Shown here: piece by piece, positions 12,200 through 20,976 of the stretch
How the letters are laid out: each line of letters opens with the position of its first letter
How positions within the stretch are numbered: the stretch's first letter is position 1
Origin: Syntrophales bacterium
Lineage (GTDB): Bacteria; Desulfobacterota; Syntrophia; Syntrophales; PHBD01
DNA: 64,000 bases
NCBI GenBank assembly: GCA_963668175.1
Contig: OY764159.1
Span: 1,184,001-1,248,000, forward strand
Direction of reading: 5' to 3'
Notes under the pieces: generated by a model
What the model saw: the letters and a program-made list of their open reading frames with translations, nothing else
Databases searched by the model: none
What the model was told of the DNA's origin: nothing
Program-made: the position numbers and the translations under genes

Positions 12200-13093
12200 A
12201 TGATCGTGGATAGTATAGGCAAGTTGGGCGAGGGGCTCTACGCCATCGGTTCGGCGGACCTCCCTGCCTTCCTGCTTTTGGGGGAGCAGCCGGCCCTCTT
12301 CGATGCCGGGATGACCTTCATGGGACCCCTCTACCTGGAAGGCCTGAAAGAACATCTCGGCGATGCCGGCAGGCTCCGATATCTCTTTTTGACCCACTCC
12401 CACTTTGACCACAGCGGGGCGGCGCCCTATCTCAAAAGAAAAATTCCGGGACTTAAGATCGGCGCCCACAGCCTGGCGGCCGAGACCTTCAAGAAGCCCA
12501 ATGCCGTGGAGCTGATGAGGAGCCTGAGCCGGGACAGCGAGGAGAAATACAGGGACCTGATCGGCGGCGAGAATATTTGTTTTGACGCCCTGCCCGTGGA
12601 CATCGTCCTGGCGGACGGCCAGGAGATAGACCTGGGCGCCGGTTTAGGCTTCCGGGTGATTGCTACCCCCGGACACACGAAGGACTCCATCAGCCTGTAT
12701 ATTCCCCGGCTCAAGGCCCTGATCACCGGGGAGGCGGCGGGTGTCTTTGACCGCAACTTTACGACACACCCGCAGTACCTGTCCAGTTATGCGGATTATA
12801 TGGCCTCTTTGGAAAAAATGGTCTCCCTCGATGTCGATATCATCATGATGGCCCACCATTCCACACTGACGGGCGACGACGCCCGCACGTACATGCCCAA
12901 GGCCATCGAAACCGCCAGGCAATACCGGGAGCGTATCGTAAGGTATCTTGAAGAGTTACACGGAGATCGCGAAGCGGTTGTCCGGAAAATATTCAGGGAG
13001 GACTACGAGGAGAGGGGGGCCATCCGGCAGGAGACCCGGCCTTTTCTCATCAACCTCGCGGCGAAAGTCAAGGTTGTCGCCGAAAACAGATAA
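12200..13093 (+). CDS. Metallo-beta-lactamase fold hydrolase
   Basis: THSHFDH, TPGHT motifs. Confidence 0.9.
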   Translation: MIVDSIGKLGEGLYAIGSADLPAFLLLGEQPALFDAGMTFMGPLYLEGLKEHLGDAGRLRYLFLTHSHFDHSGAAPYLKRKIPGLKIGAHSLAAETFKKPNAVELMRSLSRDSEEKYRDLIGGENICFDALPVDIVLADGQEIDLGAGLGFRVIATPGHTKDSISLYIPRLKALITGEAAGVFDRNFTTHPQYLSSYADYMASLEKMVSLDVDIIMMAHHSTLTGDDARTYMPKAIETARQYRERIVRYLEELHGDREAVVRKIFREDYEERGAIRQETRPFLINLAAKVKVVAENR

Positions 13094-13141
13094 GAATATT
13101 GAAATACATAGACCCGTGACGGGTTTGGAAATTGGTTCATC

Positions 13142-14146
13142 ATGTCTCAGGAAAAGCTTCAAACGCACTTGTTGCAGAAAGACAAAACAACAGAATCCTT
13201 CGTGAGGGATTTCTTCTTCGGCCAAAGCGGCATTGCCCGGGAAGGCCGTATAAGCCGCGCCGCGCTGTTATTCGATTCCCGGACCCAGGGATGGGTCGGT
13301 CTTCCCCATGGCGGTATCGGGATGGGGGCCATGGTGGAACTTGCCGAAACCCTTGACGCTTGCCCTGCCGACAGGGGCCTGCGCTATCCGATGTCTATAG
13401 AGTATCGCCTGGGCGGTTCGCCTGCCCGCATCGGCGACACGGCGATGGCAGAGGTCTCGGCGGGCGACGGCCATATCTCGGGCAAAATAACCATTGGTTC
13501 CGATCCGTCGCCTTACCTGACGGCCATGATCCGTTACGGAGCCCAGGACCAGGAGGGACAAGAGAATGTCCCACTCTTCCTGCCGAAGGATGCCTCGGGA
13601 TTGCTCAAAGACTGGGTGCGTCTGCCGCACTATAAATACTGCTTCGTTTGCGGCACCGAGCGGCAGCGCCCCGGCTTGAACCGCAGCTTTCACCTTCTCG
13701 GCTCTTCCCTTCCCGATAAGATTATCGTCTCTCCCATCGGTTTGGATGAAGGCGATCTCTATACCGTTTGCCGCTTTCAGGAGCGAGGCCTTATCCATCC
13801 GGTGGCTTTTCTGGCGCTTCTGGACGAAACGGTGGGCTGGGGCGGCTTCATGGCCTCCGGGAGCGGCGGGGTTACGGTCCGCATCCGGTTCACTTTTTAT
13901 CGCGATATCCGGGTCGGCGAACGCATTGTAATCTTCGGCCGCGGCGACCGGGTCAGGGGCAAGGCGCCGAGACTCCTCTTTTGGGGGTCCGGCGGGGCCA
14001 TGGCCGTCCACGACGACGGCCACCTGGAGACGGTAATCACTGTATCCGGGCAGTATCTCGGCGTAACGGAGCTTACCGAGCAGATGAAGGTGGAATTGCA
14101 GCCGGCGGATCTGACCCGGAAGGCCTTCGATATGGCCGGGTCGTGA
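13142..14146 (+). CDS. Double hot-dog fold (thioesterase-like) protein
   Basis: GWVGLPHGGIG and CFVCG...LIHP...ALLDE hot-dog motifs. Confidence 0.65.
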   Translation: MSQEKLQTHLLQKDKTTESFVRDFFFGQSGIAREGRISRAALLFDSRTQGWVGLPHGGIGMGAMVELAETLDACPADRGLRYPMSIEYRLGGSPARIGDTAMAEVSAGDGHISGKITIGSDPSPYLTAMIRYGAQDQEGQENVPLFLPKDASGLLKDWVRLPHYKYCFVCGTERQRPGLNRSFHLLGSSLPDKIIVSPIGLDEGDLYTVCRFQERGLIHPVAFLALLDETVGWGGFMASGSGGVTVRIRFTFYRDIRVGERIVIFGRGDRVRGKAPRLLFWGSGGAMAVHDDGHLETVITVSGQYLGVTELTEQMKVELQPADLTRKAFDMAGS

Positions 14147-14194
14147 ATGTCGTGGCGGTTCTAGGCTTTCCCGGCTGCGGCATATTCGCTCGAC

Positions 14195-14953
14195 TCAGGA
14201 TGTTTCCGGTGTGCAGGCCTTCGTCAGCCTCAGGATATTGGCCCCTGCAATCTTTTCGTAGTCTCTCTCCGGGAGTTTCATGGAGGCGATTTTGCGAAGT
14301 TCCTGGCCCGGGCGGCCGAAAGGAAAGTCGCTGCCGAAAAGGAGCCGGTCGCTTCCATAGCGTTCAAGAAACATCTTGATCTCATACGTCGCCGCCAGCG
14401 CCGTGTCGGCAAAAACAGTCTCATCATCCCAAATACGGGCGTCGAAAAGGTCGTGGAATCCTCCGTTGAGCATGCCCATGTGGGGAATGATGACGGGAGT
14501 GCGGCCGGCCACCCGCTTGATGAAGCAGAGGGTGTTATCAAAGGACTCTTCGAGGACGACGGGCAGAGCCAGCCGGTAGGCTTCGTTCAGGTAGGCCTCG
14601 CAGAGGGGGTCGTCATAATGATAAACGGGTTCGTCTTCGTGACGGTGCCATTTGATACCCCTGAAACCGTCCTTCAGTTCGTCTTTGCGGAAATCGTTCC
14701 AGACGAAATGGTAGGCGAAGATGTCGTCCCGGGACTGCTGGATGTCCAGAAGATACTTGTTGGCCCTCCGGCGGCAGGCCGCCCAGAGGGGGGTGTCTTC
14801 GAAGCGGTAGTTATAGCGGTCGTATATGTCTTCCACGGGGGCGAAAAGGCAGGCACCGTCTATGCCGCCTTCGTCCAGGTATCCTTTCAGCAGGTTGTAG
14901 GGAAGCTCGCTGTTCTGAACGCCGCAGTGCATGTGGGAGTCGATAATTTTCAT
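14195..14953 (-). CDS. Amidohydrolase family protein
   Basis: IIDSHMHCG, GIKWH, IIPHMG, LFGSDFPF. Confidence 0.9.
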   Translation of the reverse strand: MKIIDSHMHCGVQNSELPYNLLKGYLDEGGIDGACLFAPVEDIYDRYNYRFEDTPLWAACRRRANKYLLDIQQSRDDIFAYHFVWNDFRKDELKDGFRGIKWHRHEDEPVYHYDDPLCEAYLNEAYRLALPVVLEESFDNTLCFIKRVAGRTPVIIPHMGMLNGGFHDLFDARIWDDETVFADTALAATYEIKMFLERYGSDRLLFGSDFPFGRPGQELRKIASMKLPERDYEKIAGANILRLTKACTPETS

Positions 14954-15116
14954 GAGACCTCACGCTTTTCGCAAATCGATTAATCAATCCTTTCACGAAT
15001 ATCAAGATATATCGTCTAGATAGCACAAAATTTCAGGCACCGCTTTTCTTTTTGCACGCGTGATGAGTTTATGCTATAGGAACCTCCTTTCTTTGGAAAG
15101 TCTTTTTTTGATCGCT

Positions 15117-15193
15117 GCGCCCATAGCTCAGCTGGATAGAGTATCAGACTACGAATCTGAGGGTCCTTGGTTCGAATCCAAGTGGGCGTGCCA
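15117..15193 (+). tRNA. tRNA-Arg(ACG)
   Basis: GCGCCCATAGCTCAGCTGGATAGAGTATCAGACTACGAATCTGAGGGTCCTTGGTTCGAATCCAAGTGGGCGTGCCA. Confidence 0.97.
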
Positions 15194-15199
15194 TAACCG

Positions 15200-15232
15200 A
15201 AAAAGGCCGGCATGATTTTGCCGGCTTTTTTT
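15200..15232 (+). terminator. Terminator after tRNA-Arg
   Basis: GCCGGCA...TGCCGGC stem plus T-run. Confidence 0.8.
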
Positions 15233-15546
15233 CGTCGGTTCATAACCCGCTTCCATTCCAATGTTCTCTTATGGTTGTTTGACGTGCCTTTCCCGCGCTA
15301 TTCGTCCCCTTTTTTCTCCGTTCTCCAAGGGAGGCTTCCATTTTTTTTGTATCCAAGGAAAATTTTTTTATAAAAAAAGTCTATGGACAACAGTGTATAG
15401 ATTGTCAGTAGTATATAGTATATATATGCCTGAATCTGTTTTTAAAGGTATTTTTAAGGTCTATATAAGTATGTCAAATAAAGCGTAGAAGCTTGTTTGC
15501 GGGAATTTTATCAGGTGATGGAAAAATGTAAGTAAATATTAAGAAG

Positions 15547-15756
15547 TGTAAAGAAGAGTGACAGTGAGACGATGCCTCGAGGCATACCGGAAAGTCTTAA
15601 TTATTCCGTAGAATACGGTAGTAAGAGACGTGTTCTCGCGGTTACGCCGATTATTCGGGTTGTCGGATATTTTTACAGCGTGAATGATAGCTGCGGGGCA
15701 GGCATAGGAGATTTGTTATTGAATTCGATATGTTTCAGGTTGGTATCAAATATGCA
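15547..15756 (+). promoter_or_regulatory. Sigma-54 promoter with two TGT-N11-ACA enhancer (PEP-CTERM/PrsR-type) boxes
   Basis: TGTAAAGAAGAGTGACA (15547), TGTCGGATATTTTTACA (15661), and -24/-12 TTGGTATCAAATATGCA (15740-15756, GG-N10-GC). Confidence 0.7.
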
Positions 15757-15794
15757 ATTGCAGACGCATCAACTACAGTTCGAGGAGTGGGATA

Positions 15795-16421
15795 ATGAAA
15801 AAACTGTTTTGCGTTCTGGCGATTGTGGGTGTTTTGATGTTTTCGGTCCCGGCGATGGCCTTTTTCATCAATTTTGAAAACGGGACGGATGGAGCGGGCG
15901 TCATTGGTATCCCTGGCGTGACTTTTCAAAATTACGGCGGTTATCCTCCGATGTATGGAGACAGCCGTACGGGAGGCTACAACACAACTTCCGACGACTT
16001 GGGCTATGGTTCCGGTAACTATCATCACAACGGCAACTTCTTTATCTGGGCAGGGGAAGCGGCCGATGCAAGGGGCGTCAAGATCGATTTTACGAACAAT
16101 GACGGTACCTGGTTCAAAACGGGATATTCGTCTTTTAGTATCTTTGTCGTTGAAGCCTGGCTGACGGACGGCACCATGATCAGTGTAACAGGCGAGGCTA
16201 ATACGGATGGGCCCATGGGTTATCTCATGATTACTGCCCCTGATGGAAAGACCATCGATTACATTGTTCTGCACGATACGGGAAATTATTGGCTGGCCGA
16301 TAACATGAGCGGCGACGCTACGGGTGTTACTTACGGCGCAGTTCCCGAGCCCGCCACGATGTTGCTCTTGGGGTTTGGCCTGGCCGGTGTGGCAGTGGCA
16401 AGAAAGAAATTCCGCAAATAG
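15795..16421 (+). CDS. PEP-CTERM sorting domain exoprotein
   Basis: Signal peptide; C-terminal VPEPATMLLLGFGLAGVAVARKKFRK; GAGGAG RBS. Confidence 0.95.
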   Translation: MKKLFCVLAIVGVLMFSVPAMAFFINFENGTDGAGVIGIPGVTFQNYGGYPPMYGDSRTGGYNTTSDDLGYGSGNYHHNGNFFIWAGEAADARGVKIDFTNNDGTWFKTGYSSFSIFVVEAWLTDGTMISVTGEANTDGPMGYLMITAPDGKTIDYIVLHDTGNYWLADNMSGDATGVTYGAVPEPATMLLLGFGLAGVAVARKKFRK

Positions 16422-16444
16422 TCTCTGTCTCCAAAAGGAAAAGC

Positions 16445-16477
16445 AAGGGAGGGCCATTGCAGGCCCTCCTTTTTTTT
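16445..16477 (+). terminator. Intrinsic terminator
   Basis: GGAGGGCC...GGCCCTCC plus T-run. Confidence 0.85.
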
Positions 16478-16964
16478 ATCCTGCAAACGCGATCAAGTCA
16501 TTAGAATAGCCTTTTGTGCGTGACGGTCGGCCGATGACGCCCGTAATAGTCTTTGGGCGCACCGGCAGGCGAGGCCCGTTTGCCGCTATCGTTTCATATC
16601 GCAATCGAACCGTTCGGTCACGACGGTATTTCCGGCGCACAGCTGGCGTCTCATCGATTTGCAGGGTGAGACGTTTGTCGCATCGCTGCCGAATGACGGC
16701 GACCTCTTGGCGCGCAACAATTTAAAATTCCAATAATAATCAGGGGTGATGTTTACCATCGGCCAATTATGCCAGGTATATGCTGGCATAATGACTGATA
16801 GCAAACGGCATTGCACTAGGCAAAGAAATGTTATACGAAGCAATGCAAGGAAGATAGCGAATACCATATCCGAACCGAAAAGCATCGGATTGGCAAGTAA
16901 TATCGAGTTATATAAGTAATTAATTATTGCTGAAATAATAAAAGATATTCCACGAGGGGGCATC

Positions 16965-17231
16965 ATGTGTTTGGCTGTTTGCAATAAGAAGTTAGGCGGT
17001 TGCGGTTATTTAGGTGACGATCAGGAGTGGGTGAGGCAAGGCGATCAATATCTCTGCCCGAACTGTCATAAAGACCGTATGTATTTCCTGTTCGACTATA
17101 ATGTCGAGGCCGTAGTTGAAGGATCGATATTGAAAAAAGCGAAGAACATGCTCGACGAATACTATGGGAAGCTCAACGGGAAATCGTATGATGCTGCCAT
17201 GGGCGCCGGAGCATCCCTCCATACCGTATAA
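16965..17231 (+). CDS. Small hypothetical protein, possible zinc ribbon
   Basis: GAGGGGG RBS; C-x6-C and CPNC motifs; 88 aa. Confidence 0.6.
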   Translation: MCLAVCNKKLGGCGYLGDDQEWVRQGDQYLCPNCHKDRMYFLFDYNVEAVVEGSILKKAKNMLDEYYGKLNGKSYDAAMGAGASLHTV

Positions 17232-17683
17232 AGCTGTAAAAGGTGCGTATAGAGGCTTAACTCAGTCTATCAACGTTTTTTTACCGGCGCCGGCCCAAAA
17301 TCACCGAAGGGCCGGCGTCGTCTGTTCTGCACGGGAATCATTTGTTGTATGCCGTATTCGCATATCGACGGATACGGAACCTGCCGCTAGAATCACTCAT
17401 TCTATCTTGTTCCGATGAAATAACTCTTGCGGATAAATCGCTCGGCCGCGGTACGGCTCTCCGCTTATGTCTGCGTTCCTGCAGTTGCAGGCTCTTCTTG
17501 GATCAATCGCCGCACGTCTGGCATCGGACAAAATCCGGTGCGAATAAGGTTTCTCATCCTATGCCAGGAATATCGATTTTCGCAGGATAATATCAGACGG
17601 AGGCGGATTGCCCGGTGCCTGAAGCTATATTAGTATCCCTCGACCAAAGGTACCTGGGAAGAAGCAAGAGGAGGTGCCGCGAC

Positions 17684-17842
17684 ATGACGACGAATATGGG
17701 CATTGTCGGCGTGAAGATGAACGAAAAGGTCGAGTTCAATCCCCAGAAAGATCTCTTGGGGAAGGTTGACGGCTTTTCCTTAATCCCGCAGAATCGTTTG
17801 AAAGACAAAGGCCTGCGGCGGCGAATCCTTACAGCTATTTAA
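17684..17842 (+). CDS. Putative 52-aa microprotein
   Basis: GAGGAGGT RBS about 8 nt before ATG; MTTNMGIVGVKMNEKVEFNPQKDLLGK... Confidence 0.45.
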   Translation: MTTNMGIVGVKMNEKVEFNPQKDLLGKVDGFSLIPQNRLKDKGLRRRILTAI

Positions 17843-17921
17843 CCGGTTATCGGCACAAGCATTTAAAGATTTGGGTCATGAAGCCTTATCCGTAGGTAGA
17901 AGTGGAAAGGGGGGCAGAATC

Positions 17922-18038
17922 ATGAAAAAGACCAGAATCATAAAATATGCAAAGGCAAATAGCAGTAGAAAAACAAAGATAAACCAAGGCTGGGTTGACC
18001 CAACTTATACACCGAAGATTTTAACCAAGGGCTTTTAA
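17922..18038 (+). CDS. Putative 38-aa basic microprotein
   Basis: AAGGGGGG RBS; MKKTRIIKYAKANSSRKTKINQGWVDPTYTPKILTKGF; not in ORF track. Confidence 0.4.
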   Translation: MKKTRIIKYAKANSSRKTKINQGWVDPTYTPKILTKGF

Positions 18039-18130
18039 TAGCCCGCTAGTATCTTCCTTAGGAGTTGGAGGAGACAGTCAGCAGTTGTCGTTCGTTGTCG
18101 TCGCTTTTCTCGGAACTGTCTACTCCAGAT

Positions 18131-18171
18131 GCATGAACGGGGCGCACGCCACGCCCCGTTTATGTTTTTTT
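18131..18171 (+). terminator. Strong intrinsic terminator
   Basis: GCATGAACGGGGCG/CGCCCCGTTTATGT stem plus T-run. Confidence 0.85.
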
Positions 18172-18201
18172 AGCCCGCCGGCGGTAACTTCCCCGAATGT
18201 T

Positions 18202-18954
18202 CTAGGTATAAATCTTTTTGTCCTTTAATTTGTTCCAAGTATCTTCCGAGTACCATATATCGACGAACTCAAGAAGAGAATCCCGCTCCCTCATCCTGAT
18301 GTCCGCTGCAATGGGATTGCGGAGCAGAAGTTTGATGCTGCGAAACGGCGCATTATCCTTGGCGGCAAACTGCCGGGCGATATCATGCGCGTCTTTTTCC
18401 AGGCCGGCTTCGTTCGCAACCTGGTGCACCAGGCCGAGGCTGCAGGCCTCTTCGGCGGAGTACATCGCCCCGGTATAAACGGCCGTTTCCGCATTCTTCT
18501 GTCCCATCCATAACTTAATCATATCGACGCTGCCGGCGAAAAGCGATGAGCCGAAATTGATTTCGTTGAGGGATATTCTTGCCTTTCCGGAAACCATGAT
18601 CCGGTAGTCGCAGGCGATGGCGATCATGCAGCCGCCCGCGATCGTGTGGCCGTTCAACGCCGCAATGACCGGTTTGGGAAACAGAAAAAGATCACGATAA
18701 AAATCCGTAAATTTTGTCAAATAACGGAGAAAGGCCTCCCGGGCGTATCCCATGAATTCCGGTATATCGAAACCGAAAGTGAAGAATTTACCCGTTCCCG
18801 TCAAAATGACGGCCTTCGTTTCCCGGTCCTCCGCAATCTCCCGGAAACAGGCCGTCAACTCGTCGACGACCGATTCGTTCAGCGCGTTCACCTTTCCACG
18901 GCTAAGACGGACCGTCGTAATCCCTTCCGATCTTTCCGATATCAGATGCTGCAT
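18202..18954 (-). CDS. Enoyl-CoA hydratase/isomerase family protein
   Basis: FTFGFDI, PKPVIAALNGHTIAGG, crotonase fold. Confidence 0.92.
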   Translation of the reverse strand: MQHLISERSEGITTVRLSRGKVNALNESVVDELTACFREIAEDRETKAVILTGTGKFFTFGFDIPEFMGYAREAFLRYLTKFTDFYRDLFLFPKPVIAALNGHTIAGGCMIAIACDYRIMVSGKARISLNEINFGSSLFAGSVDMIKLWMGQKNAETAVYTGAMYSAEEACSLGLVHQVANEAGLEKDAHDIARQFAAKDNAPFRSIKLLLRNPIAADIRMRERDSLLEFVDIWYSEDTWNKLKDKKIYT

Positions 18955-19117
18955 GACTCCCCTCCTTTTTAAGGTATTGGCGTCCGGTATGCTACCAAAC
19001 CGGACGCCAAGACAGAGGGGACATTATATATTTCAGGATTGTTAAATCTTGGAAAGACGGGAACGGACGGCCCGCCTGGATCATCCCGGATGTTAACAAG
19101 CTTGATCGATGGGTGGG

Positions 19118-19798
19118 TTATTTCCCCGGGATGGGTTTCGAAGAAGCCCCGGCATTTTCCCTGTATGCCCCGGCAAAGGTGAGAACGCACATATGGCGGT
19201 AGGTTGGGTGTGTTCCGCAGGCGACGCCGATGACAACGAATTCGGGGTTCATGAGATTCGTTCGGTGTCCCCGGCCGGGAACGCCGTCGTCGACGATCAG
19301 GTTCATGACGACGGCCCGGGCTTCGTTGCTGCCGTATTCGATGTTTTCGCCGACGGACTTCACCCAGGTGCCGTAACGGTTCACCCTGTCGTCGGCGCCT
19401 TTCCCGTTGCGTCCGGCATGGCCTACGGCCCCGGATGACTCCTGCTCAGTCACGAGATCCCTGGCCCCCAGGGACATGCCTCGCGATACGGCTAGGGGGG
19501 GACTGCTCCGCGCCCGACCCAGATATCTGACCGCCTCGTCAAGGGCCGCTACGCCCTCTTTCGTAACGATGGGAATGCCGCCAGGCTTCTCCAATCTTTT
19601 TCCCTGGTAATAGATACGGTTCCGTTCGAGAATACGGCGGTAGTTTCCGGGATTGCCGCGGGCGAAGTTGATCTCTTCGACCACGGCCTGTTCCAGTGGG
19701 GAGAGAAAGGGGGCTTCCTTTGCATGGCCCGGCTGCATGTCTCCACCGGAAGGCAAAACATGTTGGACGGCCGACAACAGGAAAACCGCAATCAGCAT
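19118..19798 (-). CDS. CAP (SCP) domain protein
   Basis: GENIEYG, LIVDDGVPGRGHRTNLMNP; start uncertain. Confidence 0.85.
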   Translation of the reverse strand: MLIAVFLLSAVQHVLPSGGDMQPGHAKEAPFLSPLEQAVVEEINFARGNPGNYRRILERNRIYYQGKRLEKPGGIPIVTKEGVAALDEAVRYLGRARSSPPLAVSRGMSLGARDLVTEQESSGAVGHAGRNGKGADDRVNRYGTWVKSVGENIEYGSNEARAVVMNLIVDDGVPGRGHRTNLMNPEFVVIGVACGTHPTYRHMCVLTFAGAYRENAGASSKPIPGK

Positions 19799-19856
19799 TG
19801 CCGTTACAAGGGGCGAAATATGCCGGTTCAGGGGGCCTCCGAATTAGTACAAACGG

Positions 19857-20078
19857 TTATTTCCGGTTGATAAGCCACAGGACGAGGGAGAGGACGATGC
19901 TGATGATGACGCTTGTCGCCAGGGGGAAATAGAAGGTGAAATTTTCTCCCTTGTATTGGATATCGCCCGGGAGACGGCCGAACCACGGGAACTTGCCGCC
20001 CAGGATCAGCAGCAACCCGATGACGGCGACCGCCAGGCCCACAAAGATCAGTATCCTGCCTATGGGGGATAGGTCCAT
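19857..20078 (-). CDS. DUF2905 small membrane protein
   Basis: GRLPGDI...FYFPLATSVIIS signature. Confidence 0.9.
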   Translation of the reverse strand: MDLSPIGRILIFVGLAVAVIGLLLILGGKFPWFGRLPGDIQYKGENFTFYFPLATSVIISIVLSLVLWLINRK

Positions 20079-20161
20079 CGCGCCCCTAAGCCAAACCGGA
20101 AAAAGATATCCAGGTCAAAATGGTTTTAATGGTTTCAGTCTTATGAAACGGCCTGCCGGTA

Positions 20162-20569
20162 TCATGCGGTAACGTACACGCCTCTCTTCTGTTTGGTGAT
20201 TTGTCCCAGCTTCTGGGCCCTGTATATGACGCTCCGGACTTGCTGTTCGTCAAAGCCGGATTTTTTGACCAGGTCACCCGTGGTGATACCGTTGCTCTCT
20301 TTGATGAGTTCGATTAGTTTGATCGAAATATCTCCCCGCTTCACTTTCTTTCTTGCCGGTTTTACACCTTTGCCCGTTTTCGGAGATTTCCCGGCGGCCT
20401 TCTTTCCCGCTTTCAGTTTACGGGCGCCGGATCGCGCGGCCTTGCCGGCTTTCTCCTCCGCGAGCATTTTTTCGATAATCTTGAAATAGGTTTTTACAAA
20501 TTTCTCCGTCCCCTCGATTTCAATTTCCTTCGACTGCGGATTGATTCTGATTCTCGATCTTTCGGCCAT
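20162..20569 (-). CDS. Basic putative DNA-binding protein (Lys/Ala linker + C-terminal winged helix)
   Basis: K/A-rich middle; GITTGDLVKKSGFDEQQVRSVIYRAQKLGQI...RGVY; AAGGAGG RBS. Confidence 0.7.
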   Translation of the reverse strand: MAERSRIRINPQSKEIEIEGTEKFVKTYFKIIEKMLAEEKAGKAARSGARKLKAGKKAAGKSPKTGKGVKPARKKVKRGDISIKLIELIKESNGITTGDLVKKSGFDEQQVRSVIYRAQKLGQITKQKRGVYVTA

Positions 20570-20885
20570 TGTTCGCCTCCTTCAAGTGAATATCTGATAA
20601 CTTATATATAAATTATTATTTATGAAAAAGCAAATTATCTTCCCGCGGCAACGACAATCTTTTATATTAATGGATACATAGAGGGTGTTGTTTCCAATTG
20701 TTACATTTGCACAACTTCATATTTACAGTTTCAAAGGTGTATCCGCCTGTTTGTTGTTCTGCAAGATACAGAAATGATTTCGAACAGATAGCGATATAGA
20801 AGAAATGATCTCAGAATGAGTATTGAGAATTCAACAAGGAGGTTTTGTATAAATGCATTGCGGAAAGAAGCATGCATAAAAGAAA

Positions 20886-20938
20886 GGTGCAGCGGCCTTC
20901 GTTCCATAAAGGGACGGGGCCGCCGCCTGTTTCTTTTT
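20886..20938. terminator. Hairpin downstream of nrdJ, probably terminator
   Basis: GCGGCCTTCGTTCC...GGGACGGGGCCGC stem with flanking A/T runs. Confidence 0.6.
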
Positions 20939-20976
20939 CCGCCGATCAGAGAGAGACAACAGGACCGAGAGGCGCG

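Noticed and set aside
17922..18038. RiPP precursor interpretation of the 38-aa peptide (WVD motif)
   Set aside because: No radical SAM or other modifying enzyme, protease or exporter nearby
15194..18200. Integrated element at tRNA-Arg (likewise at tRNA-Lys and tRNA-Gln)
   Set aside because: No integrase or transposase, and I saw no duplicated tRNA 3' end; only lower GC
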